A stretch of 64,000 nt of DNA, from assembly GCF_009914755.1 (NCBI RefSeq), contig NC_060947.1; one strand, given 5' to 3'. The notes under the pieces were generated by a model, which made no database searches, had not been told where the DNA came from, and worked only from the letters and a program-made list of their open reading frames with translations. The DNA comes from the human T2T-CHM13v2.0 reference genome, Homo sapiens. A program made the translations under genes and the position numbers. Below are positions 1-13,305 of this stretch, piece after piece; position 1 is the stretch's first letter; the number at the start of each line of letters is the position of its first letter.

Positions 1-26
1 AAATTAACATTTCATTTACAACTTCT

Positions 27-76
27 GCCTGCTCTTCTGTTCTAGCCTCCTCTTCTGTTCTAGCCTGCTCTTCTGT
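27..76. repeat. 18-bp tandem repeat, ~2.8 copies (GCCTGCTCTTCTGTTCTA)
   Basis: Units at 27-44, 45-62 (one mismatch) and 63-76 (partial), read directly. Confidence 0.9.
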
Positions 77-1524
77 GGCTGTTCATCGCAGCCACATTTG
101 TAGGTTTAAATGTTCAGATTGCCTAGAAAGCTTTGCATATGCAAATATATGCATAATCATCTGGTTATGCTTTCTATCAGACTCATAAACCTGCTTTATT
201 CTCTCCAGCATTTTTCTTCTAATATTTCATAAATAGGGCTGTAACCTCAACCTTAAATTCCAAATATTCTGAATTTTCTTTTTGTCTATAATTGTATTTT
301 GTCAAGATTTTTTTTTACTAATATTTAAAATGAACTTTAAATGTTTCTGAATTTTAATATTGAAACCTCAAATCCTCACACACTCACCTTAGGTAAGTAA
401 AAAAGCTTTAGAGCTTGAGTTAGTAAGAAGGACTTAGTCAAGGAAAGAGACAATACAGTGAGTGAGTGAGTGTGTGTTTGTGTATGTGCCTGTGTGTGTG
501 TTGAGGGGTCATTTGTGTATTGCACATGACATCGAGAAGTGAGGGATGTGAAAACCAAGATGTTTCCTTCCTGAGGCCGTGTGACCTGATTCAGAGCTGC
601 ATCTCATTCACCTCTTAGGTCCCTGGTTGGAGTGCCTTTTTCAAATGTCTCTGCCCAAAGTGAGGGACATCTTTTATTAAACCATCAAGTCAAAACGAGT
701 GATCTTTCTAATACATACAAAGACTCAGGATATGCCATATACAGACATGCAAATGACCAAGGCCTATTTTCAAGCATTATTACTAAAATAATTATTTGGG
801 ATAAAACTTAATAAACACAAGTAGTATCTGCTTTATAGATAGATGATGGTGCCAAATTGAATATGAATATCAGTTGTTTGCAATAGGGAACATATTTTCC
901 ACATAAGCATTGGATACTTAGTAGCTCAGTTGCCAATTACACTGCCGACTCTAACTTAAGCTATCTAATGAGGACAACAGACCTGCTATTGGGATTACGG
1001 AATTCAGGAAACAGTAAATTCACTCTGAGAGCAATTGAGATCCTCTGAAATGGGGTCTCGGAAGGCGGGGAATTAATAACAGGGCCTTTGAGTATGGCCT
1101 CACAAGTTGTAAATTGCTTCCAGAGGCACTGAGCTGAGAGGCGCAGAGAAGCTGAAATCTTCAAGCCACGAAACCTGGCCCCGGGCTCTATCTGCCCAGT
1201 AAAAGGACCACTGTTTTCCTTCTCTCAAGGGATCCACATGGGTTAGCACGTGTCTTAAGTGTTTGGGTTATCATGCTGACTGTACACTCTTGAAAGGCAA
1301 GCCAAATTATTCCTTCCTAGACAAAAGCAAGAAATATATGAAGAAAAAAGAAAACAACTTGAGAGGTGAGATACTTGCCACAAGTTTGGATGGACAACCC
1401 TTGTAAATTGAGCATTCATTGCAGCATCCATGCTTATTTTAAGTGTAAGTTATATACACACACACAAACACATATGTATATGCATATGTATGTATGCATA
1501 CATATACACATATTTATTTTTATT

Positions 1525-1804
1525 TAAATAATTTTTTATTTGTATGAATGTAAGGGGTACAAGTGCAATTTTATTATGTGAGTATGTTGGATAGTGGTGA
1601 ACTTTGGATTTTTAGTGTATCCATCACCCAAATTATGTACATTGTAGCCATTAATTTATCACTGATTCCCTTGCACACCCCCACACTTCAGTCTCCAATG
1701 CTTATCACTACACACTCTATGTCCATGTGTACATGTTTATACATTATTTGTCTTTCACTTATAAGTGAGAACATGGGGTATCTTTCTGCTTCTGAGTTGT
1801 TTCA
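1525..1804 (-). mobile_element. L1 3' end fragment (L1PB/L1MA-type)
   Basis: T-rich tail, then AAGGGGTACAAGTGCAATTTT...GTATCCATCACCCAAAT...CACTTATAAGTGAGAACATG, an antisense L1 3'UTR. Confidence 0.8.
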
Positions 1805-1962
1805 TATATATATATACACACACACATATATGTATATATGTGTATATATATACGTATATATATACACATATATACGTATATATATGTGTGTATATATACG
1901 TATATATACACACGCGTATATATATACGTATATATACACACGCGTATATATATACACATACA
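1805..1962. repeat. Compound (TA)n/(CA)n/TATACG microsatellite
   Basis: ~155 bp of alternating purine-pyrimidine sequence. It produces the spurious Y/I/H/T-rich ORFs in the track. Confidence 0.95.
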
Positions 1963-2029
1963 CTGATATTGATGGCTTTTCTCTAGAAAAAGTATAAATC
2001 TCTATATTTATCAAACTGTGCATTTACGA

Positions 2030-2555
2030 TATCTGGCAATATCTTATCTACTAAATCAAAATGTATACAATGTGCCCCAATATTTAGCAATCTCAGTTCT
2101 GGGTATACACCCATGTGAAATGTGTAAATTCTTATACCAAAAGACATGTAATAGAATATATGTCTGCAACAGCACTATTTGTAATAGCTAAGTTATCAAT
2201 AAAACTGTTATATTTACCCTATGGAATATTATGCAGCCCATAAAATGATTGTTTAATAACTACACACAAGAGAATAGCTGATACACAAATACAATGCACT
2301 AAGAAGCCAGACATTAAAGAGCATATATTGTATAATTCAGCAAAAATATAGTAGGGCAAAACCAATCTATGCTGTCACAGATCAGATCGGTGATTACTCT
2401 TGGGAGACTAATGATTGCAAAGAGGAACCAGGGGTACTGTTTTGTTTTCTTTCTTGAAGTGGATGCTGATTACATGACTGGCTTTAGATTTTGAGGCATA
2501 TACTTGTGATACGTGCACTTTTTATTGTATATGCACTTTTATAAAATTATTTAAA
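2030..2555 (+). mobile_element. Old L1M (L1MC/ME-type) 3' fragment
   Basis: AGCAATCTCAGTTCTGGGTATACACCC...CAAAAGACATG...CAGCACTATTTGTAATAGC...ATGGAATATTATGCAGCC resemble the L1M ORF2 end and 3'UTR. Confidence 0.65.
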
Positions 2556-4414
2556 ATAGAGTACAGATCTCTAAAATGTTAGCATACCATAGTTTTCATC
2601 TTTTTGCTACTGCTATGAACCACATCCAGAGTAAGGTGTTTCACGCATATTATCTTTAATTCACACAATATGGATTGTATGGCCTGTCTGGTCAGGATGA
2701 TTACCCTCATTGCACAAGTGATCCAGCCTTTGACGCAAAAAACTGAATACATTAATTGGCATTCATCCTTTGTTGTTGGGTGGGGGGGAAGAAGCACAAT
2801 CATCATCACTGTGGATGTGTTCATGATATGAATTGTCACTCCAAGTTTCCTTGATGCTTTAGGAGTATAAAGATGATGTAGCTGCTTGAGGCCACTCATC
2901 CTAGAAGCAGTCTGGAGAGGCATGTGACAGTAGATGCTAATTGACATTCTTATTTGTCTGTGTCAACAATCTAATTAAGGTTTTTTCCTGCCTAGTAGAT
3001 TGGTCTCATTTTAATTCACAGTACCAAAAAAGAAACACTTCCAGGTAAATAGAACAAAAAAAGTCTTCCGAAGAAAAAGAAAAAGTACAAAAACCAACTT
3101 AAATGGCCTGGAGCTCCAAAAGTACTTTGTTGACAAAGAATTCTGTGAACACGTCATATATATTATTGACTAAAAAACCTGCAAAGTTCAGCACAATGCT
3201 CTGATCCCTAGATATTTTATTTTATAGTCTACACACTGTTAAGGTTTTTGATGTTAAGAATTGAAACGAGAGTAGTATCCTTATAAAGCATTCTTGCCTA
3301 TCTTAACCACCACTCCCTTTCTAATGACTAGGAAAGAGTATAATGTAAAATAAAAAATTGATTCAAAATTTTCGAGCATGAAAAAATTATCATGAGGGAA
3401 TTCTTCTCCTTAACTTATCCACTGATGTAGAAACGTACATGTAATTGAGAAAAATAATAAAATGGATGTTGACGGTATTTCCCAGAAGAATTAACAAATT
3501 TGAAATTAAGTGAGTAAAGCTGTTATTCAGTCATTATTTCAGGGTCTTTTCTCAAGCCTCTGAAGTACATGTGGGAAAATGCTACATAAACGTAGCAGAA
3601 ATGTTAATTTCTGCAGCTTATTAAGTTAGTTATTAGCCTATAATTCAAGATCTTTGAGTATCATTAAAGGACCCGCACAGGTACATCATTTTAATGACTT
3701 ATGTGAGAAAATAGATATATAAAAATAGGAACATGATCTGGACGTTAAGAAATAATTTTGAGGTTCTCCTTACTGATACATCGTGTTGTGCGTTGGAATT
3801 TTTGCCCTGATATTGACCCGCTAGTCCGAGTCAATCAGACCTGGAATTCTCCTGATGACTGGTTCTAGACTAAGAGCAGTCTCATGTCCTAAATTGGCTC
3901 AAATGGATTGAAGAGACATATTCCAACGAGGTGGAAGAGGTTTTCTCTCTCTTCAGCTTGTAGCTTAAAAGCCAATCTATGACTACAGGAGGAATAAAAC
4001 TTAGGAATTCACGAGCATAAAGAGTAAGGCCAGTAATCAAGGCATCCCTATACTTGGCAAACCTGGCCACTCTGAGGCTTCTCTTTGGAGGATTCCACCT
4101 CTGCTACATCTAGACAATGACTCAGTGTTATTTCTGGATATAAGGCACTGCTGGGAACACACAGATGAATCTGACATGAATTCTATAATGAGTTTCTCAG
4201 GAGAATAATGAATTTTGGTAATGGGAAATGAAAGTGGGGAAATGTACTGTATGTTATGGACTTGACCTTCGTCTATAATATGGGTGTCTGCCACTCGTTC
4301 AACAATCCATTAGCAAATCATTTAACTTAAAAATATTTTATCCATATGTTAAATTGGGCTACTAAAACATATAATGAAAGGGCATATAGAGCTATGGGCT
4401 TCTTTAAGGAAATA

Positions 4415-4620
4415 CAATAACAGCTAATATTCCTAGGAGCTTTATGCATATCAGGCACTGTGCTAAACACTGAATAAGCAATTTCTTAACCTTCACATGA
4501 ACCCCATGAGATAGACATGGTTTTCCCCCATTTTACAGTTGACGAAATAGAAGAGATTTCAGCCACTTGTTCGAGGTCATTTGTTCAAGGTCAGACAGGT
4601 TCCACGGTGGAACCTGGAAA
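4415..4620 (-). mobile_element. MIR SINE
   Basis: CAGGCACTGTGCTAAAC...CCCCATTTTACAGTTGACGAAA is the antisense MIR core. Confidence 0.75.
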
Positions 4621-4911
4621 GTAATCTCAGATATTTTCTCAAATTGAAGCTCTCAACCAGGAACTCTTTTTACCTCCAGCATATATTCAGACATGGCATA
4701 AGCAGAGGACAGAGGCTGTTCTATGAAGCGATGACTAAAAAAAAAAAAAAAAGTACAAATATTTATTTTTGCCATCATAAGCTAAATAAGTGGGCTTTCC
4801 TAAGTAGTTTCGTAATAGGAGAAAAGCTGATGAATAATGAGATAGAAGGGTTGGTGTTGAGGCAGAGGGGCTTTGGAGACTAAAGCAAATATTTAAATGA
4901 AAATAGCTCTG

Positions 4912-4913
<2 letters not shown>

Positions 4914-4946
<33 letters not shown>
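4914..4946. repeat. (GT)n microsatellite
   Basis: Direct read, ~16 units. Confidence 0.97.
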
Positions 4947-4949
<3 letters not shown>

Positions 4950-5299
4950 ACAGAAGTTCCATAATTAATAATCTACTATGTGCCAAATACTGCCATGCAC
5001 AATCACTACAAAAGTGAATGGCCTTGATCCTTTCCTTTTACTACAGAGAATGACACATATAAATAAACCATGTCAATCTGCTACGACAAGCGCTAAGATT
5101 GAAGTTCATTGAGTGTTCAGTCCGAGCCCTAAAAGAAACTACTGATTGCCACATGTATGTAAAGGCAAGCAAGACAAGGTTTCCTGGATGAGATGAGGCC
5201 TAGGCTGAAACATGAACTGAAAAATGTGTTTTTCTGGAGATCCATTCAATACGCTATATTTAGGTATCCCTTTGCTTAAAGACAAAGTATTTGTTATTG

Positions 5300-5470
5300 G
5301 AATTGATGTGTAGTAAAATCCGCTCCTTTTGAAGTAAAGTTCTGTGAGTTCTGACAAGGGCTTAGTCGTGTAGCCATCATCGCAGGCAAGACACAGAACA
5401 GCTTCATCACCCCCCAAAATGCTCTTGTGCTGTCCTTACCCCCATCTCACCTCCTCAGAAGCAATCTCTT
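5300..5470 (-). mobile_element. L1MB-type 3' fragment
   Basis: TTCTGTGAGTTCTGACAA...GTGTAGCCATCATCGCAGGCAAGACACAGAACAGCTTCATCACCCCCCAAAAT matches an antisense L1MB 3' end. Confidence 0.65.
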
Positions 5471-5515
5471 TTAACCCTTCTACTCTGTGGTGTATTGTAC
5501 TGAAAATAAGATACG

Positions 5516-6160
5516 TTTATTTTATAACTTTTAAATTAGGTTCAGGGGTACACGTGCAGGTTTGCTATACAGGTGAACTGCATTTTGCGGGGGTTTGGTG
5601 TAAAGATTATTTTCTCACGCAGGTACTAAACATAGTACCCAATAATTATTTTTCCTGATCTTCTCCCTCCACTTGTGTTCCACCCTCCAGTAGGCCCCAG
5701 TGTGTGTTATTCCCCTCTTTGTGTCCATATGTTCTCATCATTTAGCTTCCATTTATAAGTGAGAACACGCAGTATTTGGTTTTCTGTTTCCATATAAGTT
5801 TGCTAAGGATAATGGCCACTGGCTCCATCCATGTCGCTGCAAAGGACATGATCTCATTCTTTTTCATGGCCACATAGTATTCCATGGTGTATATGTACCA
5901 CATTTTCTTTATTCAGTCTGTTCATTGATAGGCATTTAAGTTGAATCCATGTCTTTGCTATTGTGAGTAGTGTTGCAATGAACATACACAACGTGCATAT
6001 GTCTTTATGGTAGAATGATTTCTATTCCTCTGGGTATATGCCCAATAATGGGATTGCTGGGTCAAATGGTAATTCTTTTGTAAGTTATTTGAGAAATCAC
6101 CACACTGCTTTCAACGACCGAACTAATTTACGTTCCCACCAGCAGTGTGTTAAGTGTTCC
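5516..6160 (-). mobile_element. 5'-truncated L1PA (older, ~PA13-16)
   Basis: GGTTCAGGGGTACACGTGCAGGTTTG...ATAAGTGAGAACACGCAGTATTTGG...GGGATTGCTGGGTCAAATGGTA...CCCACCAGCAGTG. Confidence 0.9.
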
Positions 6161-9100
6161 TATTAAGAGATTATTAAATCCCTATCCTTCTAGGAAGTTA
6201 TTTGAAGTAGTCAAGAACTACACAGAGATCACTGAGACAAAGATTTGAAGAACAATTGGAATCTTACAGCTAGCTACTATCAGAAATAACAACCCGTAGT
6301 AAATATTATGTAGTTAATAATTTTCTACTTACATTATGTTTAATGAGTCCTCATCAAGAAACCATGAGTAACATAAAGTTAATAAACAGAGATGACATGA
6401 TAGAATCTCCAAGAAGTTGAATCAGAGATTACCTTCAAAGTTTACCAGAACAAATCAACAGAAATTGCATAGAATTAGAAAGCTCTAGAAGTCCATTAGG
6501 AGGGGAGTTAGAATACCTTCAGAGAAAAACAAACAGGAAAAGTGAAATTTAACTATCTAAGGAAAATGTGTGAAAGACATATTTAAATCCCTGTCACTAA
6601 CAAAGCTGAAGGAAGAGTGTCTTCAGATTACAGGTGTTTCTTCTACCTACATGAAAACCTGGGAAATGGGCAAGTGAAGAGCACAGATTTATCTCTGAAG
6701 AAAGAACCCTCCCACCTTACAGCTACTAGAGTGGTCAACCCACTTTTAAGGTGGGGATTATTCGTCAGCGTTATCCACAGCCTCAGGGAAATACTCCTCA
6801 AAGACATCTCATTCCTTGCTCCATTGCTTCTGATCATGAAGTCCGTTTCATGATCATCGCTCTCTAATTCTAAAACTTCTAACCATGAGATAAGTTTCTA
6901 AGTTACCCTCACACACTCAGGTATCCAGTTTCTGAAAAGGTAGTACAAGTAATGTGAATGAAAGAGTATTCCGGTTTGGATATGATTCTGAATTTTGGGT
7001 TTTTTTTTTCTGCTGGGACAATCCAATCTAGGTGAGCCAACCCAATGCTGAGGGACAGACCCTGGTTAAAGGAGATGCTTCAACACAGGCCATCCTATGA
7101 GGTGCTGTCTGAGAGGCCAGTCAACCTCTCTGAAAGCTCTGCTCATGTGTTTAATTTTCAGCAACGGATATTGCAAGAGAAAAGCATGCTCTGTCATTTT
7201 CCTATGATTAGACAACTAATAAATAAGCCAGCTCTGGCTTAAATGTAGCACTTTTAACTCAGGCCATGCCCATTTTTTTATGCCACACATCTTCTCAGGC
7301 ACAGCGGGAACACACTTGCGGCGTAGCAGCAGCAGATGATTTTTTTCAAAGAAGAGAAGAGAAGACACCTTTGGCAAAACAGTGCTGATAAACTAATAGT
7401 CAGGAGCTTTGACAGAATGTTAAAGAAAAGCTGATTTTCTTCGATTTTTTTCAGGACAACATCTCTGTTATCCTTGAATTGAATTCTTATTCCACACATC
7501 AAAATCCATATCTAAGAAACACCAGAGAATTCTTCCAGATACATAGAAACTTATATATTTTTTTCAGTGATAAGCAGTTTGATTATAAAAGATATAAAAC
7601 ATGACTGATAAAAAAGCATGGCTTAGATGTTGAGTAAATATTGTAGCTAAATCCTGAAAGCTCAACATCAATAAATAATGGAAGCTTTAGAAACCAATGC
7701 TCTGGATAACATCCCTATTTTAGAATACTCAAAGGGCTGCTACAGCTATTTTTTTTTTTGGCAGTTCCATTCTCCACAGGTGATCTATAGCTTGAACTAA
7801 ACCTAAAGCCATCAGATTTTCCAGGTTTAAAACATTTTAAAATGGTCCCATCTAATCCACAGGTTTTTAAAGTTACAGTTAATAATCATGTTACTGAAAA
7901 CATACACTAGAAGAAATGTTATCAAGACATTAATTAAAAGTCATGTTGTTAAAATATATACAAGACATACACTAGAATTTTTAAAAATATTATTCACATA
8001 CTAATAAAATGAAAGTAAGGAAATAATACAATAATTACAAGAACTTCAAGAATTTCTCATAGCTAGTAGTGAACATACTGATCAGTATAAGGGCTTGGGG
8101 GTTTATTAATATTTCTGAGGCATAACTGTCTTAAAAAGAGCCAAAAGTGAGATCTGATAATTTATCAGATTGTCTAAGAAAATGTTAATATTCATCATCT
8201 ATAAAATGACTAACTTTTCTTTGGTGTACATGGTTTTCAAGAAAACATGATTCATTATTTCAACATTTAAAATTTGCCTAGAGAGCAGCAGCATCCCTGA
8301 CAGACTGGCTCATGCTATGATTCGGTGTCAGGATGAAAAGGCTGGCTTAGAGACATGTTCTGGGTTCAATTTCCAGTGGTTTAAAAGATTTCTTGGAGTT
8401 AGGTTGTGCATGATAATGTGCCTCAATCTAGAAGAGGCATGGGCAACTCCCAGCATGCAAGCAGAGCTCCTGGTTAACATCTGAAAGTATTCACCCACAC
8501 CGTAATCCGCTGGTTTATTCCACCTTTATGAAACTCCTATTACATTTGTCCACCCTCTGCTTAAAGCAGCAACAGCTTAAATGAGGGACACTTCAGACAA
8601 GGCCCCTTCTGGGTCTCTTTCTCTTTCAGTACCGCAGAGAAAAAGATACAATGGAAGCAACAGCAGTAGATGGAATTTTTATTTGAAACACCACCACTAA
8701 ATAGCTTTCAGATGAGGAATACAATTCTTTGGTATTTCTATTTTAAATAGTGCAGGGGCTGGGCTATGAGATTTTCATATGCTATCTCATTTATTTCATT
8801 TATCTATACATGTTTAATTTAGAGTGATGATGTAACATTGGATGTGGAGACTCCAAAGCTGAATAATGTAATATATCAATACAATACCTGCAGAAACAGC
8901 TATGCAGTGGAGTATTTTGGTTTTATACTTCCTCAAAAATGTTCATCACGTTATTTTCACTTTTTTTTTTTTTTTTTTTTATAGAAACACAGGACTGGCT
9001 TTGGAGTTATTTAGGGGAAGAGTGCCTTTGGTCTTTAGAGAAATCTTCCTGGACAATTCTTGTAACAAATAAAACATCAAGGTGTAATTATATAAAATCA

Positions 9101-9450
9101 CTATTAAAACGCAACTTATTTGTACTATATTTTAGCTGTTTTAACACTAAGTGACCTTACACTCATTCATTGTTTCTATTGCTCCCTGTTATTGTTCCTT
9201 TCTAAAAGAATGTTCTCCCTTATATACTGTACTATCACCACTACTTAATTAGTTTTTGTATTCAATAGTCTTGCTCATTGGCGCTAACATTAAAGTATGA
9301 AATAAGTTAAATATAATGGAAAAAATAATTTCTTACTTTAATAGTCACTTTAGTCTTCACAATAGAATTCTTTAAATCTATAACTCAATACTTAACAGCT
9401 GAGAAGAATATGAGTGTGTTTAATATAAATTAAAGCAGCAATTTCTGTTT

Positions 9451-9628
9451 CATACCACATTTTCTTTTCAATTCATCCACTGATGGACGTTTAGGTTGAT
9501 TCCATATCATGGCTAGTATGAAAAGTGCTGCAGTAAACATGGGAACAAAGCTATCTCTTCAAAGATACTGATTTCCTTTTCTTTGGATAAATGCCCAGTA
9601 GTGGGATTGCTGGATCATCTGGTAGCAA
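9451..9628 (-). mobile_element. L1 ORF2-end fragment (L1PB/L1MA)
   Basis: CATCCACTGATGGACGTTTAGGTTGATTCCATATC...CCCAGTAGTGGGATTGCTGGATCA. Confidence 0.8.
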
Positions 9629-12129
9629 TTCATGTTTTATTAAGAAAGTGTTTACAACACAGAAGCTCAAAAGCCTTCAGCTATCTCTATACAATGCCAT
9701 TTTAAACACCTTTGGAAGATTATTAAAATATGTTAATTATTTTGTCGAAAAACTAAAAATTTAAAAAGCAAGACAGGTCAACAAAGGCCAGATTAGAAAT
9801 TACCATAAATTATTAAAGTCATAAAACATACTGAAATCTTTGGGATGTAATTTAACACATGAGATTTACGACTACTCAAGAAGCATACTATGTAGTATGT
9901 CACTTTTGTGCTTTGAGCAAGGAACATACTTTGATTCCTCTATTTCAGTGGGATGAAAACAGCTTGTGCCTCTAGAATTAAGACAATGGCCCACAGAATT
10001 AATAATATGATAATGAATTAAATTCTCTATATTTCACAGAAAATAACAAATTTTTTATGACTGTCAATAAAACCCTCAGATAGTTCAACTCTGTATAACT
10101 AACAAGAAAAATTAGTTTAAAATGTCATTTTAACCCTCCTTTAAAAAAAAAAGCTTATCTAAATTTACTGGAGATATCAATGAGGTTACGGAGAATTATT
10201 TTAAGAAATGTAAAAAGGAACCACAATGGTTCTTTGCTCATTAACAAAATGCTACATAACTACAAGAGATGGTTTATAATTACAAGAGGTTAATCATGCT
10301 TTGCAAGTTGTAAAATTTACTCTCTTAGGAAATAATTTCAAGAGTCCTACTGATTGTTAACAGGTTAAAAAACCTTCAACGTTTGTTAACACATTAAAAA
10401 GTCTTCACATATTTGGCCTTTACCAAAGTAGGCAGTAGTGACCATGGTCACCTATACTTTAATAGTTTTTAGAACAACTTATACATAGTTCTTGAAATGG
10501 CAATAAGAATTAGTGGCAATAATAAATAAAACATTTATGAACACACAATATTGTTAAAACTCCAGTGTTCACTTAGATATGTAATCTATGTAACAATATT
10601 GCATAATTGAAGAGTTTGCCAAGATAATTACTGATGTATATATATTTTTCTTCATTTACAAATATTCATGGCAAATATGTAATATCAATAATGCCAAAAT
10701 GTTTAGTTATTTTTGTGAGATATCTCAATACACAAAACAGATAATAGAAATATAAATTAATGTTTGTTAGAGTCTATTTATTTTAGATACACATCTCTTC
10801 CTTCAACAGCATTAAGAAATACACAATCTCCAGTGTAGGACCTCCTTATAGAAAAACATTCTATCACTTTGCATAGGGTTATTCAGATGTGCAGGAAAGA
10901 ACCAAGAAATAATTATTGGTTATCTATTATACTAAAATTCATAGGCCTGAAGGGTACATCAAAATAGGAAGATAGCCAAGAAATGGTGTTCATTTTCAAG
11001 TATCTTTACTCAAGCTAAGTCTGTAAGTCATGTATTCACAAAACGATGCTTAGTGGCTTGTGGCAGTACACTGTAAATACCAAATGAGCTGTATAGGACT
11101 TTCAGGAAATGATGGTTTTTGAGAGAGTAGGTGTGGCAGGTCTTCAAGGGGGCAATGGGACTTGAGCAAGTGTCTTGTGATGATGGGTGTAATTTGTACC
11201 TTGCATGAGGGTAAATGGCGAACAGGAGAGCATGGGGCTAGAAAAACATGAGACAAATCAGAGGACAGTTAATGCTGGCATTTAGAAGATGTGCTGGAGG
11301 TGAATTACCAAAAGAGTCTGAAAGGGCTTGGAGATTATTCCTCCTTCCAGAGGTGAAGAAACAGGCCCAGAGTCGTTGCATAACTTGATCAAATAATAGG
11401 GCCCTGTCTTTTTGAATCATCGTCCACTGCCTCGAGCTACTTCCATTTCCTCTATTCTTTCACTAGTTAAAATGTACCTTTTCACTTTGTGAAAATGACG
11501 TGAGTGAGAGTAATAGAAAATATCTCGTTATCCATAGTTTCAAGCCTAGATTTGTGGAAGTCAGAATGACAGTTTCTTTTAATATAACAAGTTTTCATTG
11601 ATAAAATTATTTTCAGAAAATTCTCTAAGTACTCTTGAGTTGGTTAAAGTCCTTATTTCCCTCCCCCAAGAAAATCTTAAATTCCTCGAGACCAGGTCTG
11701 TGTATGAATCATCTGAAATCCTCCCCAAAGGGATGGATAATGCCTTTGTCTAAATGTAGGTGCTTAGTAAATTATGGATAAAAGTTGAACAGCACTGGCA
11801 ACAATAATTCACATCAAAGTACATTCTAGTTCTTTATATCACATAGAAATAAAGAATTTTCTTATAAATTTTGTAAATGTGAAAGAAAATAGAACCAATT
11901 TAGAAAATAAATGTCAATCTTGCATTTTAATTGTTGCTCCTTTCACATTAATTTTACAAAAACTTGTTTCTGATTTGATTTTCTATGGATTAAAAGCATT
12001 CTGTGCAGTTGGAAGCTCATTATTAATCATGACAACTGTAGTGGCTGCTAGTATGAATTAAGCACATATACCATGTGCCTAGCTAAATGGCAAGCCATTC
12101 AGATCTCTTTCTACTACAGTTGATTATAA

Positions 12130-12253
12130 GTTTTTTTTTTTTATTATACTTTAAGTTTTAGGGTTCATGTGCACAACATGCAGGTTAGTTACACACGTAT
12201 ACATGTGCCATGTTGGTGTGCTGCACCCATTAACTCGTCATTTACCATTAGGT
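12130..12253 (-). mobile_element. Very short young L1PA 3' end
   Basis: PolyT followed by ATTATACTTTAAGTTTTAGGG...GCACCCATTAACTCGTCATTTA. TAAGTTTTT is present on both flanks (probable TSD). Confidence 0.9.
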
Positions 12254-12389
12254 AAGTTTTTAAGAGTCAGGCATGATATCTTAGCCATCTTTCTATCCAA
12301 AATGCATAGCATGATCCCTGACATGTGTCATGTGCAATCCAAATTTAAAAATAATAAATCCCCTACCAAATACATTTCCATTAAATATT

Positions 12390-12545
12390 TCACATGAGTT
12401 ATCTGGTTTAATCATCCCCCAAACCTCACTTTACAAATGGAGAAACAAAAGTTTCACAAATGTAACACGCCCAATGCCCCACAGATAGAAAGTGGTGGAG
12501 CCAAGGTTTGAACCCAGGCTCTTTGACTCCAGAGCCCCTGCAAGA
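12390..12545 (-). mobile_element. MIR SINE
   Basis: CTTTACAAATGGAGAAAC...GGAGCCAAGGTTTGAACCCAGGCTCTTTGACTCCAGAGCCC. Confidence 0.75.
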
Positions 12546-13305
12546 AAATACAACTCTATGCTGCCTTGACATAGCTCTTCAAATAAACAGCCATTCAATT
12601 ATGCTCAGTGATTTCCTAATAGTTTCCAGAATTCTAGCCATGAGAAAAATAATGGTTACTAATTTGAATAACGTAAGAATTATATTACCAACAAAAAACG
12701 GGAGGCCATGCTTAGGAGACACTGTGATAACAGTAGAAAGCTCAAATAAATAATTTTTTTAAAGTTCCAAGGGATCCATTAAAAAAATACAAAAAAAAAA
12801 AGTCCATTTCTAATATTTTATTCACAGTGACGGGCCTGAGCATAACATAAACTGAAGGCTCTTACCATGTTAGAAAATAAACTTAAAGTAGAGATTTCAC
12901 TGGAGAGCTGAGGACCCAGGTAGGTGAGGTTCTGAGTGCATCTAACAGAGGGGTTATTAGCCACATCATTCAATCACTTAAAATAAGACTATATACGCAT
13001 AGCATTAGCGAGTCAACCATCATTAAGACAAGCGGATTTTTCGGAGACTTTAGCATGAGTCCAGATGACCAAACTCCTCTGCTCTGCAGATGCCATATGT
13101 AATGCAGATTTGCAGATTTCTAATGTATTCAGGTATTACTGTTTAAAATCTACTAGAATAACGACAGCTTTAATAAAATAGAGTTTGAATGGCTTCAATA
13201 GCAAAGAAAATTCTTAAAGATTCAAGGGTTCAAGAGTAGTCTACTTAGAAATAATCATTTAACCCCCATTAATGAACATTTTTTTTGGATCAGTATCTAC
13301 AGTTC

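Noticed and set aside
961-1260. GC-richer unique block with a 67-aa ORF
   Set aside because: Non-ATG start, only a weak donor (CAG|GTCTGT), no recognisable protein. It may be regulatory, but I found no decisive motif.
1563-2023. ORFs of 66-144 aa rich in Y/I/H/T
   Set aside because: Translations of an L1 fragment plus the (TA)/(CA) microsatellite.
2579-2947. 122-aa minus-strand ORF
   Set aside because: No recognisable domain, no convincing splice sites, and random-looking composition.
3882-4294. Two overlapping minus-strand ORFs that looked like a frameshifted pseudogene
   Set aside because: Both start at GTG, I could recognise no parent protein, and there is no polyA or TSD.
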